From Eledone cirrhosa (Eukaryota): a stretch of 64,000 bases of DNA. The translations under genes were made by a program, and so were the position numbers. Under the pieces are notes generated by a model. That model worked only from the letters and a program-made list of their open reading frames with translations. It was not told where the DNA came from and ran no database searches. Shown here one piece after another: positions 46,001 through 59,400 of the stretch (position 1 is its first letter; every line of letters begins with the position of its first letter). The stretch lies in NCBI GenBank assembly GCA_964016885.1, contig OZ024740.1, forward strand, positions 420,298,001-420,362,000, given 5' to 3'.

Positions 46001-47006
46001 GAAGGGGACAGTCTACATATGTGGTGGGAATGATGTAGAGTTGGAGGTGACAGTCTACATATGTGGTGGGAATAATGTAGAGTTGGTGGTGACAATCTAC
46101 ATATGTGGTGGGAATGATGTACAGTTGGAGGTGACAGTCTACATAGGTGTTGGGAATGATGTACAGTTGGAGGTGATAGTCTGCATATGTGGTGGGAATG
46201 ATGTAGAGTTGGAGGTGACAATCTACATAAGTGGTGGGAATTATGTAGAGTCGGAGGTGACAATCTACATATGTTGTGGGAATGATGTAGAGTTGGAAGT
46301 GACAGTCTACATATGTGGTGGGAATGATGTAGAGTTGGAGGTAACAGTCTACATATGTGGTGGGTCTGATGTACAGTTGGAGGTGACAGTCTACATATGT
46401 GGTGGGAATGGTGTAGAGTTGGAGGTGACAGTCTACATATGTGGCAGGAATGATGTAGAGTTGGAGGTGACAGTTTACATATGTGGTGGGAATGATGTAG
46501 AGTTGAAGGGGACACTCTACATATGTGGTGGGAATGATGTAGAGTTGGAGGTGACAGTCTAGATATGTCTTGGGAATGATGTAGAGTTGGAGCCGACCGT
46601 CTACATATGTGGTGGGAATGGTGTCGAGTTTGAGGTGACAATCTACATATGTGGTGGGAATGATGTAGAGTTGGAGGTGACAGTCTACATATGTGGTGGG
46701 AATGATGTGTAGTTGGAGGTGACAGTCTACATATGTGGTGGGAAGGATGTAGATTTGGAGATGACAGTCTACATATGTGGTGGGAATGATGTAGAGTTGG
46801 AAGGGACAGTCTACATATGTGGTGGGAATGATGTAGAGTTGGAGGTGGCAGTCTACATATGTGGTGGGAATGATGTAGAGTTGGAGGTGACAGTCTACAT
46901 ATGTGGTTGGAATGAGGTAGAGTTGGAGATGACAGTCTACATATGTGGTGGGAATGATGTAGAGTTGGTGGTGACACTCTAAATATGGGGTGGGAAAGAG
47001 CTAGAG
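16012..47006 (+). repeat. Central HOR domain built from a ~6.9-kb (~164-monomer) unit and rearranged derivatives
   Basis: Marker GAATGATGTAGAG-GAATGATGTACAG occurs at 17258, 26893, 27618, 33260, 33985 and 40888. Identical or near-identical ORFs recur at 17543/34270/41173, 19266/35993/42938 and 20604/23420/29997/37415/44360. Domain edges are approximate. Confidence 0.85.
20167..25812 (+). repeat. Tandem duplication of a 2816-bp (67-monomer) block
   Basis: Identical ORF translations occur at a constant 2816 offset: 20604/23420, 21025/23841, 21326/24142. 2816 = 67x42 + two 1-bp insertions. Confidence 0.9.
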
Positions 47007-50000
47007 TTGGAGGTGACAGTCTACATATGTGGTGGGAATGATGTAGAGTTGGTGGTGACAGTCTACATATGTGGTGGGAAAGAGGTAGAGTTGGAGGTGA
47101 CAGTCTACATATGTGGTGGGAATGATGTAGAGTTGGTGGTGACAGTCTACATATGTGGTGGGAAAGAGGTAGAGTTGGAGGTGACAGTCTACATATGTGG
47201 TAGGAATGATGTGGAGTTGGAGGTGACAGTCTACATATGTGGTGGGAATGATGTAGAGTTGGAGGTGACAGTCTATATATGTGGTGGGAATGATGTAGAG
47301 TTGGAGGTGACAGTCTACATATCTGGTGGGATTGATGGAGAGTTGGAGATGACAATCTACATATGTGGTGGGAATGATGTAGAGTTGGAGGTGACAGTCT
47401 ATATATGTGGTGGGAATGATGTACAGTTGGAGGTGACAATCTACATATGTGGTGGGAAGGATGTAGAGTTGGAGGTGACAGTCTACATATGTGGTGGGAA
47501 AGAGGTAGAGTTGGAGGTGACAGTCTACATATGTGGTGGGAATGATGTAGAGTTGGAGGTGAAAGTCTATATATGTGGTGGGAATTATCTACAGTTGGAG
47601 GTGACAATCTACATATGTGGTGGGAAGGATGTAGAGTTGGAGGTGACAGTCTACATATGTGGTGGGAAAGAGGTAGAGTTGGAGGTGACAGTCTACATAT
47701 GTGGTGGGAATGATGTAGAGTTGGAGGTAACAGTCTACATATGTGGTGGGAATGATGTACTGTTGAAGGTGACAGTCTATATATGTGTTGGGAATGATGT
47801 ACAGTTGGAGGTGACAGTCTACATAGGTGGTGGGAATGATGTATAGTTGGAGGTGACAGTCTACATATGTGGTGGGAATGATGTAGTGTTGGAGGTGACA
47901 ATCTACATATGTGGTGGGAATTATGTAGAGTCGGAGGTGACAATCTACATATGTTGTGGGAATGATGTAGAGTTGGAGGTGACAGTCTACATATGTGGTG
48001 GGAATGATGTACAGTTGGAGGTGACAATCTACATATGTGGTGGGTCTGATGTACAGTTGGAGGTGACAGTCTACATATGTGGTTGGATTGATGTAGAGTT
48101 GGATGTGACAGTCTACATACGTGGTGGGAATGATGTAGAGTTGGAGGTGACAGTCTACATATGTGGTGGGATTGATGTAGTGTTAAAGGTGAGTCTACAT
48201 ATGTGGTGGGAATGATGTAGAGTTGGAGGTGATAGTCTACATATGTGTTGGGAAAGAGGTAGAGTTGGAGGTGACAGTCTACATATGTGGTGGGAATGAT
48301 GTAGATTTGGAGGTGACAGTCTACATATGTCTTGGGAATGATGCAGAGTTGCAGGTAACAGTCTACATATGTGGTGGGAATGATATACAGTTGGAGGTGA
48401 GTCTACATATGTAGGTGGGAAAGAGGTAGAGTTGGAGGTGACAGTCTACATATGTGGTGGGATTGATGTAGAGTTGGTGGTGACAGTCTACATATGTGGT
48501 GGGAATGATGTAGAGTTGGAGGTGACAGTCTACATATGTGGTGGGAATGATGTAGAGTTGGTGGCGACAGTCTACATATGTGGTGGGAATGATGTAGAGT
48601 TGGAGGTGACAGTTTACATATATGGAGGGAATGATGTACAGTTGGAGGTGACAGTCTACATATGTGGTGGCAATGATGAGTTGGTGGTGACAATCTACAT
48701 ATGTGATGGGCATGATGTAGAGTTGGAGGTGACAATCTACATATGTGGTGGGAATGATGTAGAGTTGGAGTTGACAGTCTACATATGTGGTGGGAAAGGG
48801 GTAGAGTTGGAGATGACAGTCTACATATGTGGTGGGAATGATGTAGAGTTGGTGGTGACAGTCTACATATGTGGTGGGAAAGAGGTAGAGTTGGAGGTGA
48901 CAGTCTATATATGTGGTGGGAATGATGTAGAGTTGGTGGTGACAGTCTACATATGTGGTGGGAAAGTGGTAGAGTTGGAGGTGACAGTATACATATGTGG
49001 TGGGAATGATGTAGAGTTGGAGGTGACAGTCTATATATGTGGTGGGAATGATGTAGAGTTGGAGGTGACAGTCTACATATGTGGTGGGAATGATGTAGAG
49101 TTGGTGGTGACAGTCTACATATATCGTGGGAATGATCTAGAGTTGGAGGTGACAGTCTACATATGTGGTGGGAATGATGTAGAGTTGGAGGTGAAAGTCT
49201 ATATATGTGGTAGGATTGATGTACAGTTGGATGTGACAGTCTACATATGTGGTGGGAATGATGTAGTGTTGGAGGTGACAGTCTACATATGAGGTGGGAA
49301 TGATGTAGAGTTGGAGGTAACAGTCTACATATGAGGTGGGAATGATGTACAGTTGGAGGTGACAGTCTACATATGTAGTGGGAATGATGTACAGTTGGAG
49401 GTGACAGTCTACATATGTGGTGGGAATGATGTAGAGTTGGAGGTGACAATCTACATATGTGGTGGGAATGATGTAGAGTTGGAGATGACAATCTACATAT
49501 GTGGTGGGAAGGATGTAGAGTTGGAGGTGCCAGTCTACATATGTGGTGGGAAAGAGCTACAGTTGGAGGTGACAGTCTACATATGTGGTGGGAATGATGT
49601 ACAGTTGGAGGTGACAGTCTTCATACGTGGTGGGAATGATGTACAGTTGGAGGTGACAGTCTACATATGTGATGGGAATGATGTTGAGTTGGAGGTGACA
49701 ATCTACATATGTGGTGGGAATTATGTAGAATCGGAGGTGACAATCTACATATGTGGTGGGAATGATGTAGAGTTGGAGGTGACAGTCTACATATGTGGTG
49801 GGAATGATGTAGAGTTGGGGGTAACAGTCTACATATGTGGTGGGAATGATGTACAGTTGGAGGTGAGAATCTACATATGTGGTGGGTCTGATGTACAGTT
49901 GGAGGTGACAGTCTACATATGTGGTGGGAATGGTGTAGAGTTGGAGGTGACAGTCTACATATGTGGCAGGAATGATGTAGAGTTGGAGGTGACAGTTAAC

Positions 50001-53000
50001 ATATGTGGTGGGAATGGTGTAGAGTTGAAGGGGACAGTCTACCTATGTGGTGGGAATGATGTAGAGTTGGAGGTGACAGTCTACATATGTCTTGGGAATG
50101 ATGTAGAGTTGGAGGTGACGGTCTACAGTTGTGGTGGGAATGGTGTCGAGTTTGAGGTGACAGTCTACATATGTGATGGGAATGATGTAGAGTTGGAGGT
50201 GACAGTCTACATATGTGGTGGGAATGATGAGGAGTTGGAGGTGACAGTCTACATATGTGGTGGGAATGAGGTAGATTTGGAGATAACAGTCTACATATGT
50301 GGTGGGAATGATGTAGAGTTGGAGAGGACAGTCTACATATGTGGTGGGAATGATGTAGAGTTGGAGGTGACAGTCTACATATGTGGTGGGAATGATGTAG
50401 ATTTGGAGATGACAGTCTACATATGTGGTCGGAATTATGTAGATTTGGAGATGACAGTCTACATATGTGGTTGGATTGATGTAGAGTTGGATGTGACAGT
50501 CTACATACGTGGTGGGAATGATGTAGAGTTGGAGGTGACAATCTACATATGTGGTGGGATTGATGTAGTGTTAAAGGTGTGTCTACATATGTGGTGGGAA
50601 TGATGTAGAGTTGGAGGTGATAGTCTACATATGTGTTGGGAAAGAGGTAGAGTTGGAGGTGACAGTCTACATATGTGGTGGGAATGATGTAGAATTAAAG
50701 GGGACAGTCTACATATGTGGTTGGAATGATGTAGATTTGGAGGTGACAGTCTACATATGTCTTGGGAATGATGCAGAGTTGCAGGTAACAGTCTACATAT
50801 GTGGTGGGAATGATATACAGTTGGAGGTGAGTCTACATATGTAGGTGGGAGAGAGGTAGAGTTGGTGGTGACAGTCTACATATGTGGTGGGAATGATGTA
50901 GATTTGGAGGTGACAGTCTACATATGTGGTGGGAATGATGTAGAGTTGGTGGTGACAGTCTACATATGTGGTGGGAAAGAGGTAGAGTTGGAGGTGACAG
51001 TTTACATATATGGAGGGAATGATGTACAGTTGGAGGTGACAGTCTACATATGTGGTGGGAATGATGAGTTGGTGGTGACAATCTACATATGTGATGGGCA
51101 TGATGTAGAGTTGGAGGTGACAATCTACATATGTGGTGGGAATGATGTAGAGTTGCAGTTGACAGTCTACATATGTGGTGGGAAAGAGGTAGAGTTGGAG
51201 ATGACAGTCTACATATGTGGTGGGAATGATGTAGAGTTGGTGGTGACAGTCTACATATGTGGTGGGAAAGTGGTAGAGTTGGAGGTGACAGTCTACATAT
51301 GTGGTGGGAATGATGTAGAGTTGGTGGCGACAGTCTACATATGTGGTGGGAATGATGTAGAGTTGGAGGTGACAATCTACATATGTGGTGGGAAAGAGGT
51401 AGAGTTGGAGGTGACAGTTTACATATATGGAGGGAACGATGTACAGTTGGAGGTGACAGTCTACATATGTGGTGGGAATGATGAGTTGGTGGTGACAATC
51501 TACATATGTGATGGGCATGATGTAGAGTTGGAGGTGACAATCTACATATATGGTGGGAATGATGTAGAGTTGGAGTTGACAGTCTACATATGTGGTGGGA
51601 AAGAGGTAGAGTTGGAGGTGACAGTCTACATATGTGGTGGGAATGATGTAGAGTTGGTGGTGACAGTCTACATATGTGGTGGGAAAGAGGTAGAGTTGGA
51701 GGTGACAGTCTATATATGTGGTGGGAATGATGTAGAGTTGGTGGTGACAGTCTACATATGTGGTGGGAAAGTGGTAGAGTTGGAGGTGACAGTATACATA
51801 TGTGGTGGGAATGATGTAGAGTTGGAGGTGACAGTCTATATATGTGGTGGGAATGATGTAGAGTTGGAGGTGACAGTCTACATATGTGGTGGGAATGATG
51901 GAGAGTTGGAGGTGACAATCTACATATGTGGTGGGAATGATGTAGAGTTGGTGGTGACAGTCTACATATATCGTGGGAATGATGTAGAGTTGGAGGTGAC
52001 AGTCTACATATGTGGTGGGAATGATGTAGAGTTGGAGGTGAAAGTCTATATATGTGGTGGGATTGATGTACAGTTGGATGTGACAGTCTACATATGTGGT
52101 GGGAATGATGTAGTGTTGGAGGTGACAGTCTACATATGAGGTGGGAATGATGTAGAGTTGGAGGTAACAGTCTACATATGAGGTGGGAATGATGTACAGT
52201 TGGAGGTGACAGTCTACATATGAGGTGGGAATGATGTACAGTTGGAGGTGACAGTCTACATATGTGGTGGGAATGATGTAGAGTTGGAGGTGACAATCTA
52301 CATATGTGGTGGGAATTATGTAGAGTTGGAGATGACAATCTACATATGTGGTGGGAAGGATGTAGAGTTGGAGGTGCCAGTCTACATATGTGGTGGGAAA
52401 GAGGTACAGTTGGAGGTGACAGTCTACATATGTGGTGGGAATGATGTACAGTTGGAGGTGACAGTCTTCATACGTGGTGGGAATGATGTACAGTTGGAGG
52501 TGACAGTCTACATATGTGATGGGAATGATGTTGAGTTGGAGGTGACAATCTACATATGTGGTGCAATTATGTAGAATCGGAGGTGACAATCTACATATGT
52601 GGTGGGAATGATGTAGAGTTGGAGGTGACAGTCTACATATGTGGTGGGAATGATGTAGAGTTGGGGGTAACAGTCTACATATGTGGTGGGAATGATGTAC
52701 AGTTGGAGGTGAAAATCTACATATGTGGTGGGTCTGATGTACAGTTGGAGGTGACAGTTAACATATGTGGTGGGAATGGTGTAGAGTTGAAGGGGACAGT
52801 CTACATATGTGGTGGGAATGATGTAGAGTTGGAGGTGACAGTCTACATATGTCTTGGGAATGATGTAGAGTTGGAGGTGACGGTCTTCATATGTGGTGGG
52901 AATGGTGTCGAGTTTGAGGTGACAGTCTACATATGTGGTGGGAATTATGTAGAGTTGCAGGTGACAGTCTACATATGTGGTGGGAATGATGAGGAGTTGG

Positions 53001-54179
53001 AGGTGACAGTCTACATATGTGGTGGGAATGATGTAGATTTGGAGATAACAGTCTACATATGTGGTGGGAATGATGTAGAGTTGGAGAGGACAGTCTACAT
53101 ATGTGGTGGGAATGATGTAGAGTTGGAGGTGACAGTCTACATATGTGGTGGGAATGATGTAGATTTGGAGATGACAGTCTACATATGTGGTCGGAATGAT
53201 GTAGATTTGGAGATGACAGTCTACATATGTGGTTGGATTGATGTAGAGTTAGATGTGACAGTCTACATACGTGGTGGGAATGATGTAGAGTTGGAGGTGA
53301 CAATCTACATATGTGGTGGGATTGATGTAGTGTTAAAGGTGTGTCTACATATGTGGTGGGAATGATGTAGAGTTGGAGGTGATAGTCTACATATGTGTTG
53401 GGAAAGAGGTAGAGTTGTAGGTGACAGTCTACATATGTGGTGGGAATGATGTAGAATTAAAGGGGACAGTCTACATATGTGGTTGGAATGATGTAGATTT
53501 GGAGGTGACAGTCTACATATGTCTTGGGAATGATGCAGAGTTGCAGGTAACAGTCTACATATGTGGTGGGAATGATATACAGTTGGAGGTGAGTCTACAT
53601 ATGTAGGTGGGAGAGAGGTAGAGTTGGTGGTGACAGTCTACATATGTGGTGGGAATGATGTAGATTTGGAGGTGACAGTCTACATATGTGGTGGGAATGA
53701 TGTAGAGTTGGAGGTGACAGTCTACATATGTGGTGGGAAAGAGGTAGAGTTGGAGGTGACAGTTTACATATATGGAGGGAATGATGTACAGTTGGAGGTG
53801 ACAGTCTACATATGTGGTGGGAATGATGAGTTGGTGGTGACAATCTACATATGTGATGGGCATGATGTAGAGTTGGAGGTGACAATCTACATATGTGGTG
53901 GGAATGATGTAGAGTTGGAGTTGACAGTCTACATATGTGGTGGGAAAGAGGTAGAGTTGGAGATGACAGTCTACATATGTGGTGGGAATGATGTAGAGTT
54001 GGTGGTGACAGTCTACATATGTGGTGGGAAAGTGGTAGAGTTGGAGGTGACAGTCTACATATGTGGTGGGAATGATGTAGAGTTGGAGGTGACAGTCTAT
54101 ATATGTGGTGGGAATGATGTAGAGTTGGAGGTGACAGTCTACATATGTGGTGGGAATGATGGAGAGTTGGAGGTGACAA

Positions 54180-56466
54180 TCTACATATGTGGTGGGAATG
54201 ATGTAGAGTTGGTGGTGACAGTCTACATATATCGTGGGAATGATGTAGAGTTGGAGGTGACAGTCTACACATGTGGTAGGAATGATGTAGAGTTGGAAGT
54301 GAAAGTCTATATATGTGGTGGGAATGATGTACAGTTGGATGTGACAGTCTACATATGTGGTGGGAATGATGTAGAGTTGGAGGTGACAGTCTACATATGA
54401 GGTGGGAATGATGTACAGTTGGAGGTGACAGTCTACATATGTAGTGGCAATGATGTACAGTTGGAGGTGACAGTCTACATATGTGGTGGGAATGATGTAG
54501 AGTTGGAGGTGTAATCTACATATGTGGTGGGAATTATGTAGAGTTGGAGGTGACAATCTACATATGTGGTGGGAATGATTTAGAGTTGGAGGTGACAATC
54601 TACATATGTGGTGGGAATGATGTAAAGTTGGAGATGACAATCTACATATGTGGTGGGAAGGATGTAGAGTTGGAGGTGACAGTCTACATATGTGGTGGGA
54701 AAGAGGTACAGTTGGAGGTGACAGTCTACATATGTGGTGGGAATGATGTACAGTTGGAGGTGACAGTCTATATATGTGGTGGGAATGATGTACAGTTGGA
54801 GGTGACAGTCTTCATATGTGATGGGAATGATGTAGAGTTGGAGGTGACAATCTACATATGTGGTGGGAATTATGTAGAATCGGATGTGACAATCTACATA
54901 TGTGGTGGGAATGATGTAGTGTTGGAGGTGACAATCTACATATATGGTGGGAATTATGTAGAGTCGGAGGTGACAATCTACATATGTTGTGGGAATGATG
55001 TAGAGTTGGAGGTGACAGTCTACATATGTGGTGGGAATGATGTACAGTTGGAGGTGACAATCTACATATGTGGTGGGTCTGATGTACAGTTGGAGGTGAC
55101 AGTCTACATATGTGGCAGGAATGATGTAGAGTTGGAGGTGACAGTTAACATATGTGGTGGGAATGGTGTAGAGTTGAAGGGGACAGTCTACATATGTGGT
55201 GGGAATGATGTAGAGTTGGAGGTGACAGTCTACATATGTCTTGGGAATGATGTAGAGTTGGAGGTGACGGTCTACATATGTGGTGGGAATGGTGTCGAGT
55301 TTGAGGTGACAGTCTACATATGTGGTGGGAATGATGTAGAGTTGGTGGTGACAGTCTACATATATCGTGGGAATGATGTAGAGTTGGAGGTGACAGTCTA
55401 CACATGTGGTAGGAATGATGTAGAGTTGGAAGTGAAAGTCTATATATGTGGTGGGAATGATGTACAGTTGGATGTGACAGTCTACATATGTGGTGGGAAT
55501 GATGTAGAGTTGGAGGTGACAGTCTACATATGAGGTGGGAATGATGTACAGTTGGAGGTGACAGTCTACATATGTAGTGGCAATGATGTACAGTTGGAGG
55601 TGACAGTCTACATATGTGGTGGGAATGATGTAGAGTTGGAGGTGTAATCTACATATGTGGTGGGAATTATGTAGAGTTGGAGGTGACAATCTACATATGT
55701 GGTGGGAATGATTTAGAGTTGGAGGTGACAATCTACATATGTGGTGGGAATGATGTAAAGTTGGAGATGACAATCTACATATGTGGTGGGAAGGATGTAG
55801 AGTTGGAGGTGACAGTCTACATATGTGGTGGGAAAGAGGTACAGTTGGAGGTGACAGTCTACATATGTGGTGGGAATGATGTACAGTTGGAGGTGACAGT
55901 CTATATATGTGGTGGGAATGATGTACAGTTGGAGGTGACAGTCTTCATATGTGATGGGAATGATGTAGAGTTGGAGGTGACAATCTACATATGTGGTGGG
56001 AATTATGTAGAATCGGATGTGACAATCTACATATGTGGTGGGAATGATGTAGTGTTGGAGGTGACAATCTACATATATGGTGGGAATTATGTAGAGTCGG
56101 AGGTGACAATCTACATATGTTGTGGGAATGATGTAGAGTTGGAGGTGACAGTCTACATATGTGGTGGGAATGATGTACAGTTGGAGGTGACAATCTACAT
56201 ATGTGGTGGGTCTGATGTACAGTTGGAGGTGACAGTCTACATATGTGGCAGGAATGATGTAGAGTTGGAGGTGACAGTTAACATATGTGGTGGGAATGGT
56301 GTAGAGTTGAAGGGGACAGTCTACATATGTGGTGGGAATGATGTAGAGTTGGAGGTGACAGTCTACATATGTCTTGGGAATGATGTAGAGTTGGAGGTGA
56401 CGGTCTACATATGTGGTGGGAATGGTGTCGAGTTTGAGGTGACAGTCTACATATGTGGTGGGAATG
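54180..56466 (+). repeat. Tandem duplication of a 1133-bp (27-monomer) block
   Basis: Rare variants recur at a 1133 offset: ATCGTGGG at 54231/55364, the 1-bp-shorter GGAGGTGTAATCTAC monomer, and ORF starts 54544/55677. Confidence 0.9.
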
Positions 56467-59400
56467 GTGTAGAGTTGGAGGTGACAGTCTACATATGTGG
56501 TGGGAATGATGAGAAGTTGGAGGTGACAGTCTACATATGTGGTGGGAATGATGTAGATTTGGAGATAACAGTCTACATATGTGGTGGGAATGATGTAGAG
56601 TTGGAGAGGACAGTCTACATATGTGGTGGGAATGATGTAGAGTTGGAGGTGACAGTCTACATATGTGGTGGGAATGATGTAGAGTTGGAGGTGACAGTCT
56701 ACATATGTGGTGGGAATGATGTAGATTTGGAGATGACAGTCTACATATGTGGTCGGAATGATGTAGATTTGGAGATGACAGTCTACATATGTGGTTGGAT
56801 TGATGTAGAGTTGGATGTGACAGTCTACATACGTGGTGGGAATGATGTAGAGTTGGAGGTGACAGTCTACATATGTGGTGGGATTGATGTAGTGTTAAAG
56901 GTGAGTCTACATATGTGGTGGGAATGATGTAGAGTTGGAGGTGATAGTCTACATATGTGTTGGGAAAGAGGTAGAGTTGGAGGTGACAGTCTACATATGT
57001 GGTGGGAATGATGTAGAATTGAAGGGGACAGTGTACATATGTGGTTGGAATGATGTAGATTTGGAGGTGACAGTCTACATATATGGAGGGAATGATGTAC
57101 AGTTGGAGGTGACAGTCTACATATGTGGTGGGAATGATGAGTTGGTGGTGACAATCTACATATGTGATGGGCATGACGTAGAGTTGGAGGTGACAATCTA
57201 CATATGTGGTGGGAATGATGTAGAGTTGGAGTTGACAGTCTACATATGTGGTGGGAAAGAGGTAGAGTTGGAGATGACAGTCTACATATGTGGTGGGAAT
57301 GATGTAGAGTTGGAGGTGACAGTCTATATATGTGGTGGGAATGATGTAGAGTTGGAGGTGACAATCTACATATGTGGTGGGAATGATGTAGAGTTGGAGT
57401 TGACAGTCTACATATGTGGTGGGAAAGAGGTAGAGTTGGAGATGACAGTCTACATATGTGGTGGGAATGATGTAGAGTTGGAGGTGACAGTCTATATATG
57501 TGGTGGGAAAGAGGTAGATTTGGAGGTGACAGTTTACATATATGGAGGGAATGATGTACAGTTGGAGGTGACAGTCTACATATGTGGTGGGAATGATGAG
57601 TTGGTGGTGACAATCTACATATGTGATGGGCATGACGTAGAGTTGGAGGTGACAATCTACATATGTGGTGGGAATGATGTAGAGTTGGAGTTGACAGTCT
57701 ACATATGTGGTGGGAAAGAGGTAGAGTTGGAGATGACAGTCTACATATGTGGTGGGAATGATGTAGAGTTGTAGGTGACAGTCTATATATGTGGTGGGAA
57801 TGATGTAGAGTTGGTGGTGACAGTCTACATATGTGGTGGGAAAGTGGTAGAGTTGGAGGTGACAGTATACATATGTGGTGGGAATGATGTAGAGTTGGAG
57901 GTGACAGTCTATATATGTGGTGGGAATGATGTAGAGTTGGAGGTGACAGTCTACATATGTGGTGGGAATGATGGAGAGTTGGAGGTGACAATCTACATAT
58001 GTGGTGGGAATGATGTAGAGTTGGTGGTGACAGTCTACATATATCGTGGGAATGATGTAGAGTTGGAGGTGACAGTCTACATATGTGGTGGGAATGATGT
58101 AGAGTTGGTGGTGACAGTCTACATATGAGGTGGGAATGATGTAGACTTAGAGGTAACAGTCTACATATGAGGTGGGAATGATGTACAGTTGGAGGTGACA
58201 GTCTACATATGTAGTGGGAATGATGTACAGTTGGAGGTGACAGTCTACATATGTGGTGGGAATGATTTAGAGTTGGAGGTGACAATCTACATATGTGGTG
58301 GGAATTATGTAGAGTTGGAGATGACAATCTACATATGTGGTGGGAAGGATGTAGAGTTGGAGGTGCCAGTCTACATATGTGGTGGGAAAGAGGTACAGTT
58401 GGAGGTGACAGTCTACATATGTGGTGGGAATGATGTACAGTTGGAGGTGACAGTCTATATATGTGGTGAGAATGATGTACAGTTGGAGGTGACAGTCTTC
58501 ATACGTGGTGGGAATGATGTAGAGTTGTAGGTGACAGTCTACATATGTGATGGGAATGATGTTGAGTTGGAGGTGACAATCTACATATGTGGTGGGAATG
58601 ATGTAGAGTTGGAGGTGACAGTCTACATATGTGGTGGGAATGATGTAGAGTTGGGGGTAACAGTCTACATATGTGGTGGGAATGATGTACAGTTGGAGGT
58701 GACAATCTACATATGTGGTGGGTCTGATGTACAGTTGGAGGTGACAGTCTACATATGTGGTGGGAATGGTGTAGAGTTGGAGGTGACATTCTACATATGT
58801 GGCAAGAATGATGTAGAGTTGGAGGTGACAGTTTACATATGTGGTGGGAATGATGTAGAGTTGAAGGGGAAAGTCTACATATGTGGTGGGAATGATGTAG
58901 AGTTGGAGATGGCAGTCTACATATGTCTTGGGAATGATGTAGAGTTGGAGGTGACGGTCTACATATGTGGTGGGAATGATGTAGATTTGGAGATGACAGT
59001 CTACATATCTGGTCGGAATGATGTAGATTTGGAGATGACAGTCTACATATGTGGTGAGATTGATGTAGAGTTGGAGGTGACAGTCTACATATGTGGTGGG
59101 AATGATGTAGTGTTAAAGGTGAGTCTACATATGTGGTGGGACTGATGTAGAGTTAGAGGTGATAGTCTACATATGTGTTGGGAAAGAGGTAGAGTTGGAG
59201 GTGACAGTCTACATATGTGGTGGGAATGATGTAGAGTTGGTAGTGACAGTCTACATATGTGGTGGGAAAGAGGTAGAGCTGGAGGTGACAGTCTACGTAT
59301 GTGGTGGGAAAGAGTTGGAGTTGGAAGTGACAGTCTACACATGTGGTGGGAATGATGTACAGTTGGAGGTGACTGTCTACATATGAGGTGGGAATGATGT

